Of a stretch of 30,251 nucleotides of DNA, positions 6,367-15,638 are shown in pieces. Each line of letters begins with the position of its first letter. Position 1 is the first letter of the stretch. Made by a program: the position numbers and the translations under genes. The DNA is from a virus. Its lineage: Duplodnaviria; Caudoviricetes. The DNA lies in the IMG/VR virus record IMGVR_UViG_3300031848_000027, positions 1 through 30,251 of that record; one strand, written 5' to 3'. The notes beneath the pieces were generated by a model. That model did not search any database, was not told the DNA's origin, and was given only the letters and a program-made list of their open reading frames with translations.

Positions 6367-6699
6367 TTAATCATTTCCATGATCTACCATTAAAATTTTG
6401 ATTCCTAATTTCTTTTGCTTGGCAGTAGGTATTCGCCAAATTTTACGTCTATAAGATTTGACGTTTTTTCTATAAGTATTTGTTTTAACGTCTATCAGAT
6501 CAATTTTACCATCAACATCTAAAGTAATTAGATCGCATGGAGATTGTGGATCAATGGCTTTAAAGACCCATTTTCCTTGTTTAGAAAAATCAACACAACA
6601 TTGATATTCCGAAACAACTCCTTTTAAACTACGATTTAATTTAGTAGGCTTGATACCAGGCTTAATAGACTGCTTAGACTTATGGTTAGAATTACCCAT
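6367..6699 (-). CDS. PD-(D/E)xK-family endonuclease (Holliday-junction-resolvase-like)
   Basis: KG..SE...G.WVF...SPCDLI...IDVKT catalytic pattern. Start uncertain because it overlaps the upstream gene by 64 nt. Confidence 0.7.
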   Translation of the reverse strand: MGNSNHKSKQSIKPGIKPTKLNRSLKGVVSEYQCCVDFSKQGKWVFKAIDPQSPCDLITLDVDGKIDLIDVKTNTYRKNVKSYRRKIWRIPTAKQKKLGIKILMVDHGND

Positions 6700-6842
6700 G
6701 CAATTTTCTTAATATTTTTAATCTCTAAGTCCAAATGGTGTAAGTGGTTGTGTGTGATTGTATCTAATTTATTGTTAATAAGTTTTATCTCTCCCTGTAA
6801 TTTTATAATATCTTGAGAATTTTTTACAGATTGAGAAGTCAT
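6636..6842 (-). CDS. Small coiled-coil protein with C-terminal TM helix (XhlA-like topology)
   Basis: Coiled coil, NHLHHL motif, then hydrophobic IAWVILTISLSSLLSLV; GAGGA RBS. Confidence 0.7.
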   Translation of the reverse strand: MTSQSVKNSQDIIKLQGEIKLINNKLDTITHNHLHHLDLEIKNIKKIAWVILTISLSSLLSLVSSLLN

Positions 6843-6845
6843 AAT

Positions 6846-8948
6846 TTAAAATTCATCCTCTGCTAATGTTTCAATACCAACTAAAGCTTTAACATATTTA
6901 ACAGCAGCATTTTTATCTTTCCAGTTTTGAGCAAGATTTATTAAAGCATCAATGCCATCGTCAGATACCATAGCTGTTGATAATTCATCAGCAGTTTGTG
7001 AAAAAGTTAAATCATCAAAATATTTAATAACCCTATTTACACCTACAAAATCTAAAACAGCAGATACTGGATTTTTTTTCATATTAACTACTTGTTCTCC
7101 TCTTTGAGCAGTAGGTGAACCAATATTAGTTTTTTGACCAGTAGCTTTTAAAACAGCAGCAAAAGAATTAACTGATTGTTTAACATCTGTTAAAGTAAGA
7201 TTTTTATTTTTACCTTTAGCTAATTCAAATAACATTTGTGCAAAATTATCTCTTTGTCCACCAGTACCTAAAATTGCTTTATGTAAAACAATACCAGTAT
7301 TTAGACCATTACTTAATGAATCTGATTGATTTAAAAATGCTTGTTCAAAATAACCAGAAACAATTTTTTTCCAAGTATCAGGGTTGCCACTTTTATTCCA
7401 GGCAGTAGCAAATCTTTTAATCATTTTAGGTGATACTGAATCTGATGCTAAAATTTTATACATTCTAGGTACAATATCTGCTTCTGATAAATTACCTTTT
7501 TTTAAATCTTTAAATACTTTTGTGATTGTAGTGTCTAAAGGCTCTGCATAAACTTTTGTAAAATTTTCATATTTTTTTTGTGCTTTACCAAAGTCTTTAT
7601 TTGTTGCTAAGGTTGCCTTAATTTTTTCAAACATACCTTTGTAAATTTTATTTTCATTTAAAGAAGCATTTGATGGACTTGTAGTTTTTTGCAATTTCAT
7701 CATTGAATCTCTAATGTCTTTATAAATATCAAACAATTGTTTTCCATTACCTTTAGAATCTCTTATTCTTTTAGAATAACCCTCAACTGTCTTAATCATT
7801 ATTTTACTTGGAGCATCATTACTTTTGGTAACTAATTCTAAAACTTCTGAACCTAAGTTATCAACAGTCTGTGCATCAAATGTAGTATTAATTAATTTAG
7901 CACCACCAGATTCTTTCCATAAAAAAGTTCTATTAGAATTTAATTTAGCAGCAGACTTTTTCATAGTATCTACAACTTGATCTATGTTTGTTACTTTTGT
8001 TTCTTTATTGCTAATTAAACCCATATCTTTAGCCCAAAGATTAATATAGTTTTTTAATTTTTCTGGTCTTGATGCCCAATGTTTTTCTAAAACTTTATTA
8101 CCAGTAATATAAGCTTCTAGTGTTCCCTCATAAGCTTGGATTTTATTTGTACCAGCACCAGATGCACCTACTGCTTCTCCACTTGTTACAATTAATTTAT
8201 ATTTCTTAGCATCTTTTTGAATTTTTTTAGCTTCCTTAATTATTCTTTCTGTAACTGGAACAATATCTTTTGCAATTTGTGAAGCATTACCTTTTGTTAA
8301 TGCAGCTATATCTAAAACTAAGTTTGTTCCAATAGCAACACCAGTTGCAGCACCCTCACTACCCTCACCAAAAATAGCTTCAGTACCCTCTTTAACACTA
8401 CCACTAACTGCACCAGTTGTAGCAAATAATTTTTTAGCCTTAGCACCTTTTGCAATAATTCCACCAGGAGCTGCCCACTCTGCAATTGTTTTTACAACTT
8501 CTCCAGGTTTAGTTTTACTTTCATAAGTTAAAACTTTATCTCTTATTGCTTCTCCAGGAAATTTCATATCTCCTTTTTTAACAATTAACATTTGAGCTGC
8601 CATTTCATTAATATCTTTTTCATTAAAACCAAATGCTTTTCCAGCAACTTCTAAAGTTTTTCCTTGTGCAAAATTCATAACTTGACCAGCATAAAAAGGA
8701 AGATCCATTAAATAAGTTAAAGCATTACCAACACCAACAGCACCTGAGATTGGTACATCTACAATTTTTTCTATACCTGATGCGTTGTTTTCAATAACTT
8801 GTCCACCAGAAATATCAGTTGAATCTGTTTCTTTAAAATCACTAAGATTTAATTTGTTGGTATCTTGTTCAACAGATTGTTCTGCACCTGATTGTACTTT
8901 ATTAAGTTCATCTTCTTTTAAAGACTCAAATATACTAAGTTTTGCCAT
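6846..8948 (-). CDS. Putative internal virion / DNA ejection protein (700 aa)
   Basis: Large helical, Gly/Ala-rich N-half; last of the post-tail block, in the position where podoviruses encode ejection proteins. Confidence 0.6.
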   Translation of the reverse strand: MAKLSIFESLKEDELNKVQSGAEQSVEQDTNKLNLSDFKETDSTDISGGQVIENNASGIEKIVDVPISGAVGVGNALTYLMDLPFYAGQVMNFAQGKTLEVAGKAFGFNEKDINEMAAQMLIVKKGDMKFPGEAIRDKVLTYESKTKPGEVVKTIAEWAAPGGIIAKGAKAKKLFATTGAVSGSVKEGTEAIFGEGSEGAATGVAIGTNLVLDIAALTKGNASQIAKDIVPVTERIIKEAKKIQKDAKKYKLIVTSGEAVGASGAGTNKIQAYEGTLEAYITGNKVLEKHWASRPEKLKNYINLWAKDMGLISNKETKVTNIDQVVDTMKKSAAKLNSNRTFLWKESGGAKLINTTFDAQTVDNLGSEVLELVTKSNDAPSKIMIKTVEGYSKRIRDSKGNGKQLFDIYKDIRDSMMKLQKTTSPSNASLNENKIYKGMFEKIKATLATNKDFGKAQKKYENFTKVYAEPLDTTITKVFKDLKKGNLSEADIVPRMYKILASDSVSPKMIKRFATAWNKSGNPDTWKKIVSGYFEQAFLNQSDSLSNGLNTGIVLHKAILGTGGQRDNFAQMLFELAKGKNKNLTLTDVKQSVNSFAAVLKATGQKTNIGSPTAQRGEQVVNMKKNPVSAVLDFVGVNRVIKYFDDLTFSQTADELSTAMVSDDGIDALINLAQNWKDKNAAVKYVKALVGIETLAEDEF

Positions 8949-8952
8949 AATA

Positions 8953-10011
8953 TTATTTTATTAAATTAAAATATTGTTTATAAGTTTCTTCACCAAAATC
9001 TTGTATTAATTTAAACTGAGATATTTTTTCACTAAATCCAGCATCTCTATAAGCTTGTGCTATTTTACTAATTTCGCCTTTAGAAACTTTAATTTTATTT
9101 TCTTCTCTTTGTAAATATTCTTTCCATTTACCAGTAGCATTTCCATCGCCATCAACTTCTGGTGTAATACCAGCTTGAACAGCTTGTTCATTTCTTGCAA
9201 TAAGTTTTTTGTTAAAAAGAATTTGTTGGTCAAGTTTAGCCATATACACACTAGCACTATCATCATCACTTGGAATTGATTGTTTTAAATATCCAATTTC
9301 TTTTTCACCAGCAGCTACACCAGTAATTGCTTTTCTGTAATTGTTAAAGAATTGATTGTTAGCAGCTAACCATTGATTTCTTCTACCTGTAAATTTTTGC
9401 AAACTATCATCTTTACCTAATCCTAATTTTTCTCTGATTTGACTAAACCCAGCACCTATCTCACCTTTGTAAGTTAAAAAACCTGGCTCAAATTGATTCT
9501 TCATTACATCTAATGGAACAGCTAAACCTTTTGCATCTACAATTTCTTTTTCAAGTTTTGTATTAGTTCCTCTTGAGTTTAATCCCTTAACACTTTCAGC
9601 TTGAACACTTAAAGTAGTTGTAGTCCATCCATCTTTTAACAAAGCTCTACCCTCAGCTTTTCCAGCAGCAGTAGATACATCAATTCCTATTGGTTCTTTA
9701 CCTGTTTTAGTAAAAGTTTTACTATTAAAATTAGAGTCTTTAAATTTAGCAGCTATATATTTTTCAGGTGCAATTTTAAAAAGTGCCTTATCTGATTCTG
9801 GAACTTGATCGCTATATTGATCTATAAGTTTTTGTTTTTCATCTGCCGATTTTTGTTTTTTAAATAGTGATGAAGTTTGCATACCTTGTAAAAGGCTTGG
9901 CAAAGCAGCACTAGGAGCAGCACCTGATAACCCTTGAGTTAATAATCCTATTCCACCTAAAACTTCTGGTGAGTATAAAAGTCCTTTAAACTTATCTTCA
10001 TCTTCTATCAT
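8953..10011 (-). CDS. Putative internal virion / ejection protein (352 aa)
   Basis: GLL...GIGLL N-terminal motif and ITGVAAGEKE motif; genomic position. Confidence 0.55.
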   Translation of the reverse strand: MIEDEDKFKGLLYSPEVLGGIGLLTQGLSGAAPSAALPSLLQGMQTSSLFKKQKSADEKQKLIDQYSDQVPESDKALFKIAPEKYIAAKFKDSNFNSKTFTKTGKEPIGIDVSTAAGKAEGRALLKDGWTTTTLSVQAESVKGLNSRGTNTKLEKEIVDAKGLAVPLDVMKNQFEPGFLTYKGEIGAGFSQIREKLGLGKDDSLQKFTGRRNQWLAANNQFFNNYRKAITGVAAGEKEIGYLKQSIPSDDDSASVYMAKLDQQILFNKKLIARNEQAVQAGITPEVDGDGNATGKWKEYLQREENKIKVSKGEISKIAQAYRDAGFSEKISQFKLIQDFGEETYKQYFNLIK

Positions 10012-11270
10012 TATATTAGTCCTTGTTCGTTTAAGTAGTTATAAAAAACATTACTGTTACTCATGGATCTGGAATAGTTATCATTGTAACTATTGCCATA
10101 ACCATACTGTTGAGTATTCGGTGTTATATTTAAAGTGTTAGCCATCTTAGATTTAGCTGTGTTGTAAGTGTTTAAATAGTTTTCACTAATACCAAGATTA
10201 GTATTATTTAAATTTGAAAAATAATCATTAACCATAGATGGTTGTGATTGAGTATTGCTAACGTCATTTTGTGCTTGTTTATAAATATCATTAGCTTCAT
10301 TTTCTGAAATATTTGTATTAACAGATCCATCACTATTAAGAATTTTACCAATCCAACCACCACCATCTACTGCTTCTCCACTACCACCACCAGTAAAATC
10401 TGTGCCACCATAATTGCCTGTGCCATAATCAGTTGTTTGATTTTGTTGAAGTGTTTTTGCAGTAGCAGCTAAAAATCTTAATGTGGGTGAAAGTTTTAAA
10501 GCTGGATTAGTAATTACAACATCTTTAAAATTTTCTTGAAAAGAAAGATTTATAGTTCCCTCATTACCAGCATAAAAAGAATAATTTTTACCCTCTGTAC
10601 CTTTTAGTTTATTCATTTCTGCTTGGTAAATATCTTTTTGTTCTTTACTATAATCACTATAATCAGATTGATTTAAGTCACCTAAATCTTTATTAGTTTC
10701 ATTGATAGCTTTTTGAGTAGCTTTAAAATGGTCAATGTCTGGTGCTAAATATTCATTTTCTGCATCAACCCCACCTGTATTATTTGGATCTTTTAATGCT
10801 TCTTGAAACCCTGGATCTACTCCACCAATTGGTCTACCTTGAGCTTGAGCTGCTTCTCTTTCTTTTGCTGCGTTTATACTTGCTGCTGCATTTGCTATTG
10901 TAGCTTCTCTAGCTGCTTCTGCTTGTTCTGCTGCTGCTACTTGTGCTTGAAAATTTCTTTGTGCTGTTGCTTGTTGTTCTGCTGCTCTGGCTCTAGCTTG
11001 TGCTGCACCTGAACTACTTTCACCACCACCACCACCACCACCACCAGATGATGGACTTGAACTTGATGATGGACTGCTACTAGATGAGCTTGAGCTACCA
11101 CCCTGATAACCTCCAGCACCTCTATATGACGGAATACCTTGAGGAGTTAATAAACCTTTTGCACCAAAATCTTTAAGAATTTTAGATTCATCTTCATTGA
11201 TGTATGCTAAAAATTCACCTTGAGGAGCTGCATCATTTAAGAGTCCAGCAAATTGTTTTAGGTTGTTCAT
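10011..11270 (-). CDS. Putative internal virion protein with Ser/Gly/Ala low-complexity region (419 aa)
   Basis: APQGEFLAYINEDE..LK..G..G..TPQGIPSY N-terminal motif, disordered middle, GLI C-terminus. Confidence 0.55.
   Translation of the reverse strand: MNNLKQFAGLLNDAAPQGEFLAYINEDESKILKDFGAKGLLTPQGIPSYRGAGGYQGGSSSSSSSSPSSSSSPSSGGGGGGGGESSSGAAQARARAAEQQATAQRNFQAQVAAAEQAEAAREATIANAAASINAAKEREAAQAQGRPIGGVDPGFQEALKDPNNTGGVDAENEYLAPDIDHFKATQKAINETNKDLGDLNQSDYSDYSKEQKDIYQAEMNKLKGTEGKNYSFYAGNEGTINLSFQENFKDVVITNPALKLSPTLRFLAATAKTLQQNQTTDYGTGNYGGTDFTGGGSGEAVDGGGWIGKILNSDGSVNTNISENEANDIYKQAQNDVSNTQSQPSMVNDYFSNLNNTNLGISENYLNTYNTAKSKMANTLNITPNTQQYGYGNSYNDNYSRSMSNSNVFYNYLNEQGLI
11022..11045 (-). repeat. 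(GGT)8 trinucleotide run encoding poly-Gly
   Basis: Perfect (ACC)8 on the + strand. Confidence 0.9.
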
Positions 11271-11273
11271 AAA

Positions 11274-11384
11274 TTATAAAATTATTGAAATAACAAATAA
11301 TCCACTAAGTATAATAATGTACTTAGATGTGTTGTTGTTTATGTCTGCTTTTAAATCGTAAATTATTTTATTTATTTTATCCAT
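11274..11384 (-). CDS. Small protein with C-terminal TM helix (36 aa, not in track): MDKINKIIYDLKADINNNTSKYIIILSGLFVISIIL
   Basis: TAATG coupling, GGAGGA RBS, fills the intergenic gap exactly. Confidence 0.75.
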   Translation of the reverse strand: MDKINKIIYDLKADINNNTSKYIIILSGLFVISIIL

Positions 11385-12091
11385 TATAATAATCCTCCTA
11401 AGAATCCTAAACCACCACCCATTAAAGCACCCTCAAAACCAAATTTAGATCCAATTAATGCACCACCCATAGCAGTAGTTACTGGGTTAGCAGATGTTTG
11501 TGTGCTAGATTGTTGAACTGGTAGTCCAGTAGCAATAGGATTAACAATACTGTTGTATTGTTGTAGTGCTTGGAATGGAGCCATGTTTTGTTGTCTTTGA
11601 ATATTTTCTAATTGTCCACCAACTTGTGTTAAGCTTGGAGAAGAACCAGCTATTGCTAATTGTCTGCTTCGTTCTTTTCCGTATTCTTCAAACGCAAAAG
11701 GTAAAGCAGCTTCGGTAATACCACCTAAAATTTGTTGTTGATTCATCGCACTACCTGGAGTTCTTCCAGCAGCAGAAAATTCTGAATTAACAGATGTTGC
11801 AATATCGTTAGCAGCACCTTGTAACATTGGAGATAAAAAAGGATTCAAATAGTTGCCACCTAAAGTGTCAGCCAACTGAGTGTTAGACGCATTAGCCATA
11901 ACTTCTTGTTGGGCTAATCCATCTGTCGTTTGTTGTGATGCACCTACAAATCCAGCAGCACCCACACCTTGATTATATAAATTTCCAGCTTCACCTATAA
12001 TTTGATTTAAAGCTGGTCTAGCTGGTTCGTATGGTTGAACTGATTGGTTCTGTACTGATCCTCCACCTGATGATCCTCCTCCAAATGACAT
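11384..12091 (-). CDS. Putative DNA ejection/pilot protein (235 aa)
   Basis: Gly-rich N-terminus, Gln-rich middle, Gly-zipper C-terminus (GGALIG...GGGLGFLGGLL). Confidence 0.6.
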   Translation of the reverse strand: MSFGGGSSGGGSVQNQSVQPYEPARPALNQIIGEAGNLYNQGVGAAGFVGASQQTTDGLAQQEVMANASNTQLADTLGGNYLNPFLSPMLQGAANDIATSVNSEFSAAGRTPGSAMNQQQILGGITEAALPFAFEEYGKERSRQLAIAGSSPSLTQVGGQLENIQRQQNMAPFQALQQYNSIVNPIATGLPVQQSSTQTSANPVTTAMGGALIGSKFGFEGALMGGGLGFLGGLL

Positions 12092-12092
12092 A

Positions 12093-12536
12093 TTATTTTT
12101 CCTTTTTGTTTATTATTTGTTTTTCAAGAACAACATGAGTTTTTTTATAATCAAATTGTTCCATAATTTTTTCCCAACCTTTTCTTGCAAAAAGTTCCAT
12201 GTTGGTGCAATTGTTTTCTAAAGCAAAATTTTCTAATACACTTATTAAATGTTGCCACTTTTGTCTGCGTCTGCCTGTAACAATAAATATATTACAAGAT
12301 TGTATTAATTTTCTTTTAACTATTTCTGTAACCACAACTCCATAATACTTTTCAAGTGTTGTAGATTTGTCTTTATCCCAAACTACCCAAAGCTGCATTT
12401 TATCTGCTTTAACACAATCATACACAAAGTCTGCATCTGTGTGATTGCCTGAGTAAGATAGAGCTTCGCTAATATCTTTTTTAACTAGATTCCAGACATC
12501 ATCCACATTGATGGATGGGATATTAACTAAATTCAT
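12093..12536 (-). CDS. GNAT-fold-like virion assembly protein
   Basis: MQLWVV...GVVVTEI...FA..N.C..MEL..RKGWEK pattern; precedes the ejection proteins, like the T7 gp13 position. Confidence 0.55.
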   Translation of the reverse strand: MNLVNIPSINVDDVWNLVKKDISEALSYSGNHTDADFVYDCVKADKMQLWVVWDKDKSTTLEKYYGVVVTEIVKRKLIQSCNIFIVTGRRRQKWQHLISVLENFALENNCTNMELFARKGWEKIMEQFDYKKTHVVLEKQIINKKEK

Positions 12537-12871
12537 TAGGATATTTCTAATAAAGATGCTGTAAGCATAAGTCTATTTGCATGACCAGCAGCTACTTGTA
12601 ATACTTCACCTGATTTCATTACTAAAGGTTTGTCCAATAGTTCTAGTGTTTGTAGTGCTGTAATTGGTTTTGTTGTGTAAAGATTAAATGGACTACCACT
12701 TGCTGCTGGATCTTTGTCATATAAAATAACTGTTAAAGTTGATGCAGCATTAGTTCTTTCATTAACAATTATAGATTTAATGATTGAAGTATTGCCAGTT
12801 GGAGCAGTATAGAAAGTTGTAGCATTAGTGTTGGTTAAATTTAACTTTGCGTTTTTATAAACGTTTGCCAT
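12536..12871 (-). CDS. Small beta-rich tail-associated protein (111 aa), paralog of 15639..16004
   Basis: Shared MAN.(Y/F)K...YT......T.....I...N...LELL....V....(D/E).L....S.(L/M)EI pattern. Confidence 0.65.
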   Translation of the reverse strand: MANVYKNAKLNLTNTNATTFYTAPTGNTSIIKSIIVNERTNAASTLTVILYDKDPAASGSPFNLYTTKPITALQTLELLDKPLVMKSGEVLQVAAGHANRLMLTASLLEIS

Positions 12872-12874
12872 TGA

Positions 12875-13165
12875 TTACTTCTTTGGATTGTCTGATTTAA
12901 CTTTAGCTACTGCGTCTTTCCAAGTAGTAGTACCATTAACATTATCCCAGTATTGCATATCTAACTGGTCTTGTATTGATGGATAAACTCTATCTCTTTG
13001 ATATTGTTTAGCATCATACTCTACTTGTACCTCTACCATTTTAGCTTCTATGTCAGCTTTAGATATTGGTGTTGTTCCATTTAACCATTGAATAGAATTT
13101 ATATCATCTCCATCAGCAGATACTTCTGCGTTTGGATTTATTTTTAAAATTGCTTCTATAATCAT
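12875..13165 (-). CDS. Small cassette partner protein 3 (XkdW-like / tail-fibre chaperone candidate)
   Basis: AILKINPNAE...I.WLNGTTPISK...YQRDR..YPSIQDQLD..Y; paralog of 14020..14310 and 14788..15042. Confidence 0.65.
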   Translation of the reverse strand: MIIEAILKINPNAEVSADGDDINSIQWLNGTTPISKADIEAKMVEVQVEYDAKQYQRDRVYPSIQDQLDMQYWDNVNGTTTWKDAVAKVKSDNPKK

Positions 13166-14023
13166 CTATGCTCCTACCTCCATTGCGTAAATTCTTGAAT
13201 TAGTTACTGTTGAATAAGATGTGTTATTATTTTCAAAAGATGTATTTCTGTTTAAATAACCAGTTCCTTGTGTCATCCATTGAACTGTATAAGTAATAGC
13301 TGATGTAGTGTTATGTGATGTATCATAATATTGAGCATTAGCTCCATTATCATGATTGCCATCACTTATTGAAGTGTGTCTTAACCAAGCAGCTTGTCGG
13401 CTACTATCAGTATGTCCCCCAAGTGTTGTAGTAGAGCCACCAGATATAGCTCTTTTTAGAACAAATGATGCACTTATACTAGAATTTGCTACAACACCAG
13501 CATTAAACACAATTAATATTTTACTTGAAGTTGAGCTAGGAGTTATACTTAAATTTAATCCAGCAATATCGGCATAAGTACTACCAGCAGACCTAGATGG
13601 ATATGTTTCAATTTCAGTATGTACTAATTGTAAAATTTTTCCACCACCAGCAGCAGCAAAAGTATTATCTCCTCTGAGGAAAGTTGTAGCATCTTTAGTT
13701 CCAGTAGCTGTTAGTTTAGCAATAGAAACTGTACTGTCAGATGGTACTCCAAGATCAAGAACTGATCCTAGTATCTGAATAAAATTTATTACATCACCAG
13801 TAACTAAGTTTGCAGCAAAGGTAATTGTAGAACCACTAACTGTAAATGAACTTGTTGGTGCTTGTAAAATACCATTCAAACTAACTAGCATATGATTAAC
13901 AGTTTCTGGAACTACATTAACTCCAGCTACTTGCATAGTGTATGCAGCTTGGTTATTTACTGTTGATATTGCATCACAGACTTGAAAGTTTCCTACTGTT
14001 GGCTCTTTACCTATATAACTCAT
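13166..14023 (-). CDS. Putative short tail fibre / receptor-binding protein 3 (285 aa)
   Basis: MSYIGK N-terminus, NGILQ.P...FTVSGSTITF domain, C-terminal GKILQ...ITPSSTSSKIL...TTSAITY.VQ...MEV domain. Confidence 0.65.
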   Translation of the reverse strand: MSYIGKEPTVGNFQVCDAISTVNNQAAYTMQVAGVNVVPETVNHMLVSLNGILQAPTSSFTVSGSTITFAANLVTGDVINFIQILGSVLDLGVPSDSTVSIAKLTATGTKDATTFLRGDNTFAAAGGGKILQLVHTEIETYPSRSAGSTYADIAGLNLSITPSSTSSKILIVFNAGVVANSSISASFVLKRAISGGSTTTLGGHTDSSRQAAWLRHTSISDGNHDNGANAQYYDTSHNTTSAITYTVQWMTQGTGYLNRNTSFENNNTSYSTVTNSRIYAMEVGA

Positions 14024-14310
14024 TTGGGGTATTTATCCTTTGTTGTTTTAATTGTGGCTTTCCAAGCATCTATTCCATTATGATAGATGTTGTCTAATTG
14101 GTCTGCCATTGATGGATATTCTGCTGCTCTATCTCTTTGGTATTGTTTAGCATCATAAGCAGATTGAAGTTCAGTTTGTTTAGCTAATATTTCTGCTTTA
14201 GATATTTCTGTTGTTCCATTTAACCAAGTAATTTTATTAATGTCATCATCAAGTACAGAAAATTCTGCATTAGGATTTATTGATTTTATTGTTTTTGATA
14301 TTGTTATCAT
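14020..14310 (-). CDS. Small cassette partner protein 2
   Basis: INPNAEF...ITWLNGTTEISK...YQRDR..EYPS..DQLD. Confidence 0.65.
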   Translation of the reverse strand: MITISKTIKSINPNAEFSVLDDDINKITWLNGTTEISKAEILAKQTELQSAYDAKQYQRDRAAEYPSMADQLDNIYHNGIDAWKATIKTTKDKYPK

Positions 14311-14783
14311 TATGCTCCTATCTCTATTAAATAAATATTTGAATTTACACTAGTATTATAAATCACTGCTGAACCTTGATGTGATCTTACTTGAACTTTA
14401 TATGTAATTTCTGAGGTTGTATTTGGAGAATCTATAAATTGAAAATTATTAAAATTATATAGAGTAGTAATTCCATAACCATAAATACTATAAGTTTGTA
14501 AAGTTGCATAAACACTAGTGCTTCCTCTTACAAATTGCATACCATAACCTTCGTCATTTTGAAGATTTGATGCAATATTGCTTATTAAAAGAATTTTACT
14601 GTTACTTGCTGATGGAGTTATTGCAACAGTTACACCTGATAAATCTGCAAATGATCCAGAGGATAAAGTTTGTGTAGAACTTGTTTGAACAAAACTTGAA
14701 ACTTGTAAAATTTTTCCACCTACCCCAGATGGTAATCCAGTAATTCCTGAAAGTGTATTATTATTTATTTTTGTTAGTGCCAT
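14310..14783 (-). CDS. Putative short tail fibre / receptor-binding protein 2 (157 aa)
   Basis: GKILQV...ITPSASNSKIL...DSPNTTSEITYKVQ...EIGA domain. Confidence 0.65.
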   Translation of the reverse strand: MALTKINNNTLSGITGLPSGVGGKILQVSSFVQTSSTQTLSSGSFADLSGVTVAITPSASNSKILLISNIASNLQNDEGYGMQFVRGSTSVYATLQTYSIYGYGITTLYNFNNFQFIDSPNTTSEITYKVQVRSHQGSAVIYNTSVNSNIYLIEIGA

Positions 14784-14787
14784 ATTT

Positions 14788-15042
14788 CTATACTCCTATT
14801 AGTGCTTGAACTTCTTCTTCGGATAATCCTAAGTCTAGTAACTTTTGTTTGCCAGATGCTTTTTTAGCTATTGCGTCTGCTGTAGCATTTGCAATTTCAG
14901 TTTTAACAGTTGGTATTTGTGCTACAATATCAGATTTTAATATTGGTGATGTTCCATCTAACCAAGTAATTTGATTAATGTCATCTGCATTTACAGAAAC
15001 TTTTGCGTTTGGATTTATTTTTAAAATTGCTTGTATAATCAT
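14788..15042 (-). CDS. Small cassette partner protein 1
   Basis: AILKINPNA...INQITWLDGT.PI.K; different C-terminus (KASGKQKLLDLGLSEEEV). Confidence 0.65.
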   Translation of the reverse strand: MIIQAILKINPNAKVSVNADDINQITWLDGTSPILKSDIVAQIPTVKTEIANATADAIAKKASGKQKLLDLGLSEEEVQALIGV

Positions 15043-15629
15043 TATCCAGCTACCTCCATTACAGTTATTGATCCTGGTGCTGACATAAAATAAGCTGCAC
15101 TACTAAGGTATGCACCTCCAAAAAATAATGTACCACCACTTTCACTACCAGCTTGTAATTTATAAGTTACTGCACTTGTTGTAGATGGAGAATCTAAAAA
15201 TGTGATACTAAAATTGTCCATATTTCCATGACCACTTTGTGTACCACCACTAGAAACTCTAGTTTTGCTACCACTACTATCTCCTATAAAAAGTACGGTA
15301 CTACCTCTTAACAAACGAAATCCATTTGTAAGACCATTTGTTTGATTTGTAAAATGACCACAAACATTTACAAATATTTTACTATTACTAGCTGTTGGAG
15401 TAATTGCTTGTGACATTCCAGTAACATCTGTAAAAGAACCCATAGCAGTTGTTGTTGAAAATGTATCTGTTTTAACAGTTTGTAATACTTGTAAAATTTT
15501 TCCAGGATCAAAGTCAGCTTTAATTGCTGTTACAGCATCATTTGCTATTTTAGCTGTAGATATAATTCCATCAGCAATATCTCCACTTGTTAATGGAGCT
15601 GCTGTAGGTGTTTTTCCTATATAACTCAT
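15042..15629 (-). CDS. Putative short tail fibre / receptor-binding protein 1 (195 aa)
   Basis: MSYIGK N-terminus, IADG..TAKIA repeat, GKILQV...ITPTASNSKI...DSPSTTSAVTYKLQ...MEVAG domain. Confidence 0.65.
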   Translation of the reverse strand: MSYIGKTPTAAPLTSGDIADGIISTAKIANDAVTAIKADFDPGKILQVLQTVKTDTFSTTTAMGSFTDVTGMSQAITPTASNSKIFVNVCGHFTNQTNGLTNGFRLLRGSTVLFIGDSSGSKTRVSSGGTQSGHGNMDNFSITFLDSPSTTSAVTYKLQAGSESGGTLFFGGAYLSSAAYFMSAPGSITVMEVAG

Positions 15630-15638
15630 AAATTAATC

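Noticed and set aside
9060-11119. Nested minus-strand alternative-frame ORFs 9060..9269 and 10937..11119
   Set aside because: Both lie fully inside larger genes. The poly-Val in the second is just the (GGT)n repeat read in another frame.
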